45,032 nt of DNA from a virus, in IMG/VR virus record IMGVR_UViG_3300010396_000020, positions 1-45,032 of that record, one strand, 5' to 3'. Made by a program: the position numbers and the translations under genes. How positions within the stretch are numbered: position 1 is the stretch's first letter; each line of letters opens with the position of its first letter. Below are positions 7,922 to 14,576 of the stretch, in pieces. Below the pieces are notes generated by a model. That model was not told where the DNA came from and made no database searches. It saw only the letters and a program-made list of their open reading frames with translations.

Positions 7922-8392
7922 TTATTTTGTTTCAGCCGTAGCCGATGAGGCTGGGGCTGATGGATTTGCTTTTTTGCCTTTGATCCAGTTACCAAATAAT
8001 GGCCTTGTGGTCAAGTTGATTGCATGAAGGAAGAAGTAATTTACGGCAAAGATAGCAAGCTGGACAATCTCGGAATTGCCTGTCAATTTTGTTGCATCAA
8101 TTCCAGCCCAGCTTAAACCTATACCAATTACAGCTCCCAAGATTAGATTGGCCCCCAATTTGTAAGGATCAATCTTTTCTCCAGCTCCTTGATGGTTCTT
8201 GTTGATTATTGTCATGAATGACAACAATACTCCGGCCAATGCGCCAAAGCCTCCAGTCTTGAAGGCAGTTGCGGCACTTACTCCGGCCAAGGTTGCATCA
8301 GTCGAGCTGTCAGCAAAGGCATAACCTGTCATGATTGTTGCTGTTGAGACAACAAACAGAACAAGGAATAGCATCTTTGTTGATGTTCGCAT
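7922..8392 (-). CDS. Multi-pass membrane protein with an N-terminal signal peptide, 156 aa.
   Basis: The signal peptide LFLVLFVVSTATIMTGYAFA|DS has the same AFA|DS cleavage-like site as the next gene. Several Gly/Ala-rich hydrophobic helices follow. Confidence 0.7.
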   Translation of the reverse strand: MRTSTKMLFLVLFVVSTATIMTGYAFADSSTDATLAGVSAATAFKTGGFGALAGVLLSFMTIINKNHQGAGEKIDPYKLGANLILGAVIGIGLSWAGIDATKLTGNSEIVQLAIFAVNYFFLHAINLTTRPLFGNWIKGKKANPSAPASSATAETK

Positions 8393-8521
8393 AATGTTAA
8401 GAAAATTCTAGTTGCATAAAAAGACTCTGTAAGGTTGCACGCCTACCATGGCAGAAAGATTTCCCACCAACAATATTTTTGTTCTTTTTCAGTGGGGGAT
8501 GATTTTGATTCAGCCACTTTG

Positions 8522-8716
8522 TTATCTTTCTCTTTTATTACCATACTCTTGTAATAACCTTCCGACTTGTATGCCCATCAGTATGAAAGAGCCAATCAAT
8601 CCGTTTATGATTTTGGATTCGAATGTTGAGTCTTGAAATGAAAGAGAGCCAAGGCCACAAAAATAACCTGTTATTGCGTTGCCAAATATCTTGGCCAGAC
8701 GCATTCTCCAAAACAT
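8522..8716 (-). CDS. Small two-TM membrane protein, 64 aa; holin-like by size and topology only.
   Basis: Hydrophobic segments ITGYFCGLGSLSF and INGLIGSFILMGI. ATG 8716 lies 22 nt downstream of the promoter box at 8739..8750. The competing track ORF 8538..8831 overlaps the portal gene and looks non-coding. Confidence 0.5.
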   Translation of the reverse strand: MFWRMRLAKIFGNAITGYFCGLGSLSFQDSTFESKIINGLIGSFILMGIQVGRLLQEYGNKRER

Positions 8717-8738
8717 GATAATTCCAGAAGATGTTTAC

Positions 8739-8750
8739 ATTTTTAAGATT
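8739..8750 (-). promoter_or_regulatory. TATA-like promoter box.
   Basis: Minus strand reads AATCTTAAAAAT, 22 nt before ATG 8716. A second AAGATT copy lies at 8754..8763. Confidence 0.55.
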
Positions 8751-8769
8751 TGTGATAAGATTTGTTAAA

Positions 8770-10425
8770 CTAATTTTCATAGTTCCACTTTTGAGATTTC
8801 TTGTTTTTGCCCCAGCCTTTTTCAACAACAACTTGGATATTGCCTTGAGATGGTTTCAAGTCTTTGGCCCACTTCTTGGAAGCCCCCCAGCCCATTGAGA
8901 CTGAGTTTGTCTTATCCCAAGCCTTTTGCCATGATGGATTGATTCTCTTCCATGTTGCAACAGATGGATCAGACTGTTCTCCTTCTGTGTCGTGAGTAGC
9001 TGCATACTTGGAGAGTCCTAGTTTCTCAAGCAATCCCTCCTTGGTGATTACTCCGTCTTGTACCATCTCTTTGAGTAATGCGTAATACTGAGGATCGATG
9101 GTTAATGAAATCTCTGGCCTGTTGAAATGATGTCTCATTCTCACAGGGCATTTGTCAGGATCGTCAACTTCATCCGGTTCTATGTCAAATAATATGGCCA
9201 AGACTCTATCATATCCCTGTTTCTCAAGTGTCATCTCAAGGATATTTTGTTCTGGCCTGATTTCATTTTCTAAGAATGCATCAGTCTCTTCTTGGTTTGC
9301 ATTTCCTCCAAGGTTGCCTTGCTTGCCCTTTGCCAGCATGAAAGGAGGAATATTGTAAAAGCCAGCAACGGCATCAATACACTCATTCTGGATTGAAACC
9401 ACTCCGTTGATATCTCCAGAGTTTTGAGGAGTTGGGAGGAGCTCCACTGTCTGAGTGACAGCGATATCTTTTCCAAGTGAGTTGTTGCGTCTGAAGAGAA
9501 AGTCATCAAGAACCTTCTGAGGATTCTTATAGTCTCTTGCTGGAACTGTAACCTTGAATATCTGTGGCTTGTGCCAAGTGTACTCGGCAGCTTGTCTCAA
9601 GTCTTGGGCATAAATTGTCAGAAGAGTCTTTCCAATATCTTCGAGAGGATCAATGAGTGACCTTCCATAGTAATCAGCAAACAAGTCAAGATTGAATTGA
9701 TTTACAAAATAGATGCAACGGTTTGCATCAAGCCTTCCTCCATTTGTTGTCAGTCCAACAACTTCGACAGCTTCCAAGGCCCCACTGTCACGATTCAGCA
9801 AAGGCCTTCGAGTAAACTCGGGCCTGATGAGTCTGATTGCTTTTGGTAACTGATAATATCCATTTTCATCTCGCATCTCAGGAAACATTCCAACGGCACA
9901 ACGGCCCTGTTCTCTTGTATAATCATAAGCATTGAATGTCACTGATTCCAAGTCAAGCTTGTCAAACATCTTGTCAATCCAAGATTTTAGTTTCTCTGGC
10001 GACATCTGAGCTGGCGCAATTCCGGTTCTCTCAAAATATGGAATTGTGATTTTTTGTTTTCTCCAAGAGGTCATCAATGATTCCTTGATTTCTTTATCCT
10101 CTCTTGGCTCGATTGATGTTGTGTAGCCGTTGCCAGTAACTAGCTTCTGGATGATGTTGTTTGCCCTCAAGATGTATGGTATTTTAGTATGAATGGCCCT
10201 AAACATGGCTCGCTGTTGTGGGCGATAAGGATCAATGGAAGGATAAATTATCAGTCCTCCAAGCGGCCTCATTGATTGAGAAGATTGTTTCTTCTCAAGT
10301 GCTTGGCCTTTGCCTCTTGGATCAGATGGATCCCATTTTGGAGGATTGACTTCTCTTGTAGTTTTACTGACTGAAATCCATGCCGGAGCTGCAAAGCGTT
10401 GTTTTGATTCAGCCAATGATATCAA
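8770..10425 (-). CDS. Portal protein.
   Basis: 551 aa, directly downstream of the terminase nuclease gene. Contains a portal-like element FYNIPPFMLAKG. The start (TTG 10425 in the track) is uncertain. Confidence 0.7.
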   Translation of the reverse strand: MISLAESKQRFAAPAWISVSKTTREVNPPKWDPSDPRGKGQALEKKQSSQSMRPLGGLIIYPSIDPYRPQQRAMFRAIHTKIPYILRANNIIQKLVTGNGYTTSIEPREDKEIKESLMTSWRKQKITIPYFERTGIAPAQMSPEKLKSWIDKMFDKLDLESVTFNAYDYTREQGRCAVGMFPEMRDENGYYQLPKAIRLIRPEFTRRPLLNRDSGALEAVEVVGLTTNGGRLDANRCIYFVNQFNLDLFADYYGRSLIDPLEDIGKTLLTIYAQDLRQAAEYTWHKPQIFKVTVPARDYKNPQKVLDDFLFRRNNSLGKDIAVTQTVELLPTPQNSGDINGVVSIQNECIDAVAGFYNIPPFMLAKGKQGNLGGNANQEETDAFLENEIRPEQNILEMTLEKQGYDRVLAILFDIEPDEVDDPDKCPVRMRHHFNRPEISLTIDPQYYALLKEMVQDGVITKEGLLEKLGLSKYAATHDTEGEQSDPSVATWKRINPSWQKAWDKTNSVSMGWGASKKWAKDLKPSQGNIQVVVEKGWGKNKKSQKWNYEN

Positions 10426-10451
10426 AAAGGCTGGATAGTATTTTAGTTTTC

Positions 10452-11174
10452 TTAATAACTCATTAGTGAACTGTCAAAACCCATCAGCTTATCAATCTCT
10501 GCATCAATATCCCTCTCGTCTTGCTGGGTTCCAATCCTTCGAATCATTGGAGGAGGCATATTGAGAACATAGGGAAGAGCAACATAACAGGCATAACCCA
10601 AGGCCCAAAATCTGTCATCATGTCTGTTGCTTGGATGCTTGTATCGAATGTTTCCAGCGTCAGTCTTGATGAGTTCCTGTTCCTCGATCTGCCTGACAAG
10701 CTCTGACTCGTTGCCAACAAACAATTTCTTGGAATTGAAGAGTCCTCTGACAATAGAGACAATCTCAACCTTGAGAGTGTCAGTTGTCTTGAGAGGTTCC
10801 ATTCTCAGGCCAGTAACATCAAAGAACTCTTGAGCTGCATCTCCAACTCCAGCCCTATCAAATCCCATCATCTCCCATGGATATTTTGTGTAAATCTTGA
10901 AGATGTCAGATGAAACCTTTCGATAATTGACATGGGGCCAGAGCATGAATGCCTCTTCCCTCAGTGACCTTTCTCCAGTCTTGAGGTCAGTGTCCATCCG
11001 CAATAATTCAAATGCAGAATGGTCAACTCTTTTGGCAACATCAAGGCCTGAGAACCTTGGTATTGGAGGCTCTTCTTGTGATATCAGACGAGGGTTATGG
11101 CCTTGTACTACTCTCGGATTGACTTGGCTTGGAGTAGCGACTCCATACTCCTCAACATATTGGGCCTGACTCAA
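10452..11174 (-). CDS. Large terminase, nuclease (RNase H-like) domain only.
   Basis: Three acidic-residue motifs in TerL order: GLDVAKRVDHSAF, GFDRAGVGDAAQEF and NRHDDRFWALGYACY. The TTG start at 11174 overlaps the upstream TGA. The portal gene follows. Confidence 0.8.
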   Translation of the reverse strand: MSQAQYVEEYGVATPSQVNPRVVQGHNPRLISQEEPPIPRFSGLDVAKRVDHSAFELLRMDTDLKTGERSLREEAFMLWPHVNYRKVSSDIFKIYTKYPWEMMGFDRAGVGDAAQEFFDVTGLRMEPLKTTDTLKVEIVSIVRGLFNSKKLFVGNESELVRQIEEQELIKTDAGNIRYKHPSNRHDDRFWALGYACYVALPYVLNMPPPMIRRIGTQQDERDIDAEIDKLMGFDSSLMSY

Positions 11175-11323
11175 CTTTTAAGAATGCGCCAGATTGATGA
11201 TTCAGAAACTCCAAAGGCATTGGCAATCTCTGGAACCTTGTGCTTGAATTGATAATATGATTGCTTGATATTTTTGATTTCTTGTTCTGTAAAACATAGG
11301 TTTAGTCCTGATGTCTGACTCAA
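11171..11323 (-). CDS. Small helix-turn-helix protein, 50 aa.
   Basis: Hand-translated as (M)SQTSGLNLCFTEQEIKNIKQSYYQFKHKVPEIANAFGVSESSIWRILKS, with an HTH-like segment IANAFGVSESSIWRIL. TTGA overlaps at both ends. Confidence 0.5.
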   Translation of the reverse strand: MSQTSGLNLCFTEQEIKNIKQSYYQFKHKVPEIANAFGVSESSIWRILKS

Positions 11324-11463
11324 GACATTGGCCCCTCTGGAACAATCAATCCAACAATCTCTCCAACATGAACAATCAAAAATCGATTATCGTTTTCTTT
11401 TGGCAAGTCAAGATTTTCAAAGGTTGCCATTCCATCCTTGGCCTCGATAAGTTTTAGATTCAT
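11320..11463 (-). CDS. Small hypothetical protein, 47 aa.
   Basis: Hand-translated as MNLKLIEAKDGMATFENLDLPKENDNRFLIVHVGEIVGLIVPEGPMS. ATGA overlap upstream. Confidence 0.35.
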   Translation of the reverse strand: MNLKLIEAKDGMATFENLDLPKENDNRFLIVHVGEIVGLIVPEGPMS

Positions 11464-11585
11464 AGCCACATCTCCCAGCCAGTGTCATCATGAGTATTAG
11501 CAAAGTGATGTTTCAAGGCATCTCGGCTCTCTGTTGTAAAATCACAATCATCTTGAGGACAGACAAAGAGAACTTGTTCTGACAT
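11460..11585 (-). CDS. C2H2-type zinc-finger micro-protein, 41 aa.
   Basis: Hand-translated as MSEQVLFVCPQDDCDFTTESRDALKHHFANTHDDTGWEMWL. TAATG overlap upstream. Confidence 0.45.
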   Translation of the reverse strand: MSEQVLFVCPQDDCDFTTESRDALKHHFANTHDDTGWEMWL

Positions 11586-11779
11586 TATGCAGACTCTCCT
11601 TCAAAGAGTGGAATCTGTTGCAGCTCTCCAATGATGTTTCCTTTCTTGCCTTCCTCTGGAGGAGTTAGCTTGATGATTTTGTAACGCTTGGGGCCAACTC
11701 TAAAACTTCCTCCAAGATGTGGAATCTCTTCATCAGTCACTAAAAGTTTCTTGCCTTCAAAATGATATTCAGTTCCCAT
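11585..11779 (-). CDS. Hypothetical protein, 64 aa.
   Basis: Track ORF in the gene chain. Confidence 0.5.
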   Translation of the reverse strand: MGTEYHFEGKKLLVTDEEIPHLGGSFRVGPKRYKIIKLTPPEEGKKGNIIGELQQIPLFEGESA

Positions 11780-11805
11780 ATTAAGATTGTAATCTTGCTA
11801 TGATT

Positions 11806-12015
11806 TTAGTCTTTCTTGTTTCCAAGAATTACGGTTGCATAGCCACAGACAGAGCAAAGCACTCCATAAGATTCGTTCCAGTCAACTTTCATCTTGTGAG
11901 TTGTTCTAGTGTTTATCATATACTCTTTGCAAGGGCCTTGGATTTGTCTGATGGATAATGATGCGCCACATCCAAGAGGGCAATAAGTGGGAACAGCATG
12001 GACTTCTTTACTCAT
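11806..12015 (-). CDS. Zinc-ribbon-like protein, 69 aa.
   Basis: Cysteine pairs CPLGC and CSVCG. Overlaps the upstream gene by 4 nt. Confidence 0.6.
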   Translation of the reverse strand: MSKEVHAVPTYCPLGCGASLSIRQIQGPCKEYMINTRTTHKMKVDWNESYGVLCSVCGYATVILGNKKD

Positions 12016-12404
12016 ACATTAATCACATTTCCTTGAAGTGCTTGCCATTGGGCGAATCGTTTGCCTTTATACAATAGACTTTTTTCTTTCTCATACCAAT
12101 TATGTTGCCAAGTCACTCCAAATTCTCCAGAGTTCTCTCTAAAGAAGATATGACATTTGACACATTGGATGATATTTGATTCGTGGCCAAATGTTTCAAC
12201 TATATCAGTTTCTAAGTGAGGACAATCTGTCTGATGTGGATCAAGAAGTTTTTCATTATAAGAACGATATTGAAAGGCCTTGGTTCCCTCTTGCACTCCA
12301 ACCTTCTTCCAGAATTTATCAAATTGCTCAGCTGTGAGAGTCTTGAGTTTACCATTTACTTTGATTATTACTCGTTGATATGGAAGATGAATTTCTTTCT
12401 TCAT
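12012..12404 (-). CDS. Hypothetical Cys/His-containing protein, 130 aa.
   Basis: Track ORF with a 4-nt overlap upstream. Contains CPH...CVKCH. Confidence 0.6.
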   Translation of the reverse strand: MKKEIHLPYQRVIIKVNGKLKTLTAEQFDKFWKKVGVQEGTKAFQYRSYNEKLLDPHQTDCPHLETDIVETFGHESNIIQCVKCHIFFRENSGEFGVTWQHNWYEKEKSLLYKGKRFAQWQALQGNVINV

Positions 12405-12694
12405 TGTGACTCGGCCCTATAATCAATCTCAACAAACTCCGGATAACATTTCTTGCAAAAAGTGTCATGGCCTTTGCCGTCACAAGCTCCGCATTTCTGC
12501 GATTGGTCAAGACGGTTCTCATAGGTAAAGTAAAAGATTCCAGTTCCTCCACACTCTCCACAATAGGCCTTCTTGAGTCTGAAGATAGTTCCACAGTTCC
12601 AGCATGAAGGGATTCCGAACTTGATACAGATTCTCTCCCAAAGATATTGCAAGTCAATCATGAAACAAATCAAGGATCTCATACTATTAAACAT
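12401..12694 (-). CDS. DnaJ-type zinc-finger-like protein with two CxxCxGxG repeats.
   Basis: CGECGGTG and CGACDGKG match CxxCxGxG, with additional CWNCG and CKKC pairs. Confidence 0.6.
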   Translation of the reverse strand: MFNSMRSLICFMIDLQYLWERICIKFGIPSCWNCGTIFRLKKAYCGECGGTGIFYFTYENRLDQSQKCGACDGKGHDTFCKKCYPEFVEIDYRAESQ

Positions 12695-12986
12695 CTTGCG
12701 AGATTTCAGTCAGGATGAGTTTGCCGTCAACATACTCCATCTGTTTTCTGTTGGGCTTGTTATCTTCAAGAGTTGTCTTTCCCTTGATGACTCTCAGTTT
12801 GCGTTTGTATCTGACAGCTCTTGGATTACTTCTCAAGCGATAACCACAGCATGGACACCACAGGCCCTCAACCTTGATGAAAGTTTCACAGATTTGACAG
12901 CGTTTCTGGCCTGATGCATATCTTCCCATTCCTGTTGGCTTGGGGGCATGATACTCTGGCCTTTCACAAATTCCCTTGCAAGTCAA
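12687..12986 (-). CDS. Zinc-ribbon protein, 99 aa.
   Basis: CQICE...CPCCG. The TTG start at 12986 overlaps the upstream TGA. Confidence 0.6.
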   Translation of the reverse strand: MTCKGICERPEYHAPKPTGMGRYASGQKRCQICETFIKVEGLWCPCCGYRLRSNPRAVRYKRKLRVIKGKTTLEDNKPNRKQMEYVDGKLILTEISQDV

Positions 12987-13075
12987 TGAAGTTTCATCTC
13001 CACGATTGCAAACAACACTCCAGCCCAGAACATGGCAATTCCCCAGCCAATAGTAAAACCAAGATACCTATCCAT
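12983..13075 (-). CDS. Single-TM micro-protein, 30 aa.
   Basis: Hand-translated as MDRYLGFTIGWGIAMFWAGVLFAIVEMKLH. Its stop forms a TTGA overlap with the next start. Confidence 0.3.
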   Translation of the reverse strand: MDRYLGFTIGWGIAMFWAGVLFAIVEMKLH

Positions 13076-13250
13076 ATCGATTATCCCACTTCCAAACCCA
13101 GAAATATCCAGCTGGAATCCAATGCTTTACTCCGTCATATTCTTCATAGTGGCCTCCTTCTGGCTCTTCTATTTTCTTTTGTAAGAACCTGAAGAGGAAG
13201 TTATCAAAGAAGCGATTCAAATTAACATTTACCTCGTTTTGAAATCTCAT
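13068..13250 (-). CDS. Hypothetical protein, 60 aa.
   Basis: Track ORF in the chain. Confidence 0.4.
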   Translation of the reverse strand: MRFQNEVNVNLNRFFDNFLFRFLQKKIEEPEGGHYEEYDGVKHWIPAGYFWVWKWDNRYG

Positions 13251-13392
13251 TATTGGCTTGTCGATGACGATTTAGACTTTCTGCTTCTAAATGATTTTCT
13301 AAATGCTCTTGACACCACCATCCATCGCCTAAATGACAAGTGCATCCGATAGTTGCTCTCCGATTACATTCTGGATAAATACAACGAGTCAT
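13222..13392 (-). CDS. Cys/His micro-protein, 56 aa; paralogous to 27153..27353 and 27350..27475.
   Basis: Hand-translated as MTRCIYPECNRRATIGCTCHLGDGWWCQEHLENH..., which fits the pattern C-x4-C ... C-x2-H. Confidence 0.4.
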   Translation of the reverse strand: MTRCIYPECNRRATIGCTCHLGDGWWCQEHLENHLEAESLNRHRQANNEISKRGKC

Positions 13393-13393
13393 G

Positions 13394-13561
13394 TTAACGA
13401 GAACCTCGTAATGTTGAGAGAATCTCTTTGTATGTCACGGGGTTATGTAAGTGAAAGTTACAAACAGGATTTCCATTTTGATTAGTATAATTTCCACCGT
13501 AGGAACGTAATCCGACTAACAAGCAATCTGAACAAAGTAACTTCTTTGTCTCAGAACTCAT
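13394..13561 (-). CDS. Cys-containing small protein, 55 aa.
   Basis: ATG 13561 forms an ATGA overlap with the upstream micro-ORF. The track start at 13579 is a GTG further upstream. Contains CSDC...CNFH. Confidence 0.5.
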   Translation of the reverse strand: MSSETKKLLCSDCLLVGLRSYGGNYTNQNGNPVCNFHLHNPVTYKEILSTLRGSR

Positions 13562-13659
13562 TTCTTCCACAATCTCCACATGATATATCCAACAGCTCCG
13601 ATCCAGATTGCAGCTCCGGCAGCTCCAATGATGAGAACATCATGGAATGTGAGAATCAA
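13558..13659 (-). CDS. Single-TM micro-protein, 33 aa.
   Basis: Hand-translated as (M)ILTFHDVLIIGAAGAAIWIGAVGYIMWRLWKK. TTGA overlap upstream and ATGA overlap downstream. Confidence 0.35.
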   Translation of the reverse strand: MILTFHDVLIIGAAGAAIWIGAVGYIMWRLWKK

Positions 13660-13883
13660 GCGTTACTTGTCACCACAACTTCGAATATCATTCCTTCTTT
13701 TACAACAACAAACTCATTTGGAATAATGGTTCCTCCTTTCTCTTTTGGATGTGAGTATTGGATTGTATAGAGAGGAGTCATTGAGGGAGGCTGTTCACTT
13801 GGCCAAGCTAGATTTACTAGCTGATAATAATTGATTGTTCTGCATTCCCATTCAACTTTAACAGCATTGACTATGATTTTCAT
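13656..13883 (-). CDS. Beta-grasp, multiubiquitin-like small protein, 75 aa.
   Basis: MKIIVNAVKVEWECRTINYYQLVNLAWP...LYTIQYSHPKEKGGTIIPNEFVVVKEGMIFEVVVTSNA matches my recollection of the Multiubiquitin-domain pattern: IxVN, an LA(F/W)P element, (F/Y)T(V/I)xY, and G..(I/L).P....V.(V/I)K(E/D)G..F.V..T. Not searched. Confidence 0.5.
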   Translation of the reverse strand: MKIIVNAVKVEWECRTINYYQLVNLAWPSEQPPSMTPLYTIQYSHPKEKGGTIIPNEFVVVKEGMIFEVVVTSNA

Positions 13884-14047
13884 TTTATTCTCACATACTT
13901 TCTAGGATATGTTGCCCTGAATGATTGAACGTGCATACAAGTCCAAACTGTGGTTTGGCCCTCAGAGTGGCAGATTGTTCTCTCTTTTTGTATCTCCCTG
14001 ATTGCTTCAGGATCACACTTGCCACAGGTAATCATTATCTCTGTCAT
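13880..14047 (-). CDS. Cys-containing micro-protein, 55 aa.
   Basis: Hand-translated as MTEIMITCGKCDPEAIREIQKERTICHSEGQTTVWTCMHV... ATGA overlaps at both ends. Confidence 0.4.
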   Translation of the reverse strand: MTEIMITCGKCDPEAIREIQKERTICHSEGQTTVWTCMHVQSFRATYPRKYVRIK

Positions 14048-14193
14048 TTGGAATAAACCTCGTCAAGTATCATAGCAAAAATCAACTGCATTCCATTTAA
14101 CTGAGTTATTTGTGAATGCCCTTTCTTCTTCATTGACTTGGCATATCCAGTCAAAAATTCCACGACATCGGAGGTTTCTATTGGTTTATCCAT
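14044..14193 (-). CDS. Small hypothetical protein, 49 aa.
   Basis: Hand-translated as MDKPIETSDVVEFLTGYAKSMKKKGHSQITQLNGMQLIFAMILDEVYSK. ATG 14193 lies 22 nt downstream of the promoter box at 14216..14227. Confidence 0.4.
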   Translation of the reverse strand: MDKPIETSDVVEFLTGYAKSMKKKGHSQITQLNGMQLIFAMILDEVYSK

Positions 14194-14215
14194 TGAGGAA
14201 GATTCTGATTTTCAA

Positions 14216-14227
14216 CCTATTAATGAT
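14216..14227 (-). promoter_or_regulatory. TATA-like promoter box inside the terminase-splitting cassette.
   Basis: Minus strand reads ATCATTAATAGG, 22 nt before ATG 14193. The flanking attatgat is shared with the box at 2843. Confidence 0.5.
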
Positions 14228-14237
14228 TATGATGGAA

Positions 14238-14576
14238 TTATTCTCGCCAGATGCCATTTGTTACAAATCCATGGATTGTCTTGTCTGGATCATACTCTAT
14301 GAGAATTGATGGATGGATTGTGAGTTTGGATACATCTCCATTCTCAAGTTCTTTATCGCCTGTAATATCCCAGCATCTATGAGGATTTGGCTTGTCAGGA
14401 TGTGGACATCTTGAAGCGCAAGTATTGAGAGCAAACTCCACGAATTGCATATACGCTTTTGGATCAGGAATTGGAAGGCAAATCTTCCAGTCTTGCAGAT
14501 ACTCAGCATAATAGATATCTCCAGCTTGTAATTGGCCCTTGAAACCTTTTGGTAAGACTCTCAACTTTAGTTCCAT
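14238..14576 (-). CDS. DUF6527-like protein with a Cys/His cluster, 112 aa.
   Basis: CASRCPHPDKPNPHRCWDITGD...KLTIHPSILIEYDPDKTIHGFVTNGIW matches my recollection of the DUF6527 pattern W.(F/I).GD ... T.(S/H)PSIL ... H.F(V).(D/N)G.I. TAATG overlap with the TerL ATPase stop. Confidence 0.5.
   Translation of the reverse strand: MELKLRVLPKGFKGQLQAGDIYYAEYLQDWKICLPIPDPKAYMQFVEFALNTCASRCPHPDKPNPHRCWDITGDKELENGDVSKLTIHPSILIEYDPDKTIHGFVTNGIWRE

Noticed and set aside
8613-8625. The segment ggattcgaatg resembles a tRNA T-loop. I also scanned the whole window for tRNA genes.
   Set aside because: It lies inside a coding frame with no flanking acceptor, D-arm or anticodon-arm complementarity. No GGTTCGAATCC-type T-arm with matching stems was seen elsewhere, so I call no tRNA. 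A tRNAscan-SE run would be the decisive check.
8538-8831. A 97-aa minus-strand track ORF spanning the portal 3' end.
   Set aside because: It overlaps the portal gene by 62 nt and has a low-complexity, non-protein-like sequence. The alternative frame at 8522..8716 encodes a two-TM protein whose ATG is 22 nt from a promoter box.
11166-11180. A possible -1 frameshift fusing the 50-aa HTH ORF to the terminase nuclease ORF. The repeated TTGAGTCAG at two starts prompted the idea.
   Set aside because: There is no X_XXY_YYZ slippery heptamer in CTTAAAAGTTGA. The TTGA stop-start overlap recurs at unrelated junctions, so termination-reinitiation is the simpler reading.
11782-11795. The short palindrome aagattgtaatctt next to ATG 11779 could be another promoter.
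   Set aside because: It abuts the start codon (1 nt spacing), so it cannot be a TATA box for that gene. It may be an operator-like copy of the half-sites seen at 23067..23096, but there is no further support.
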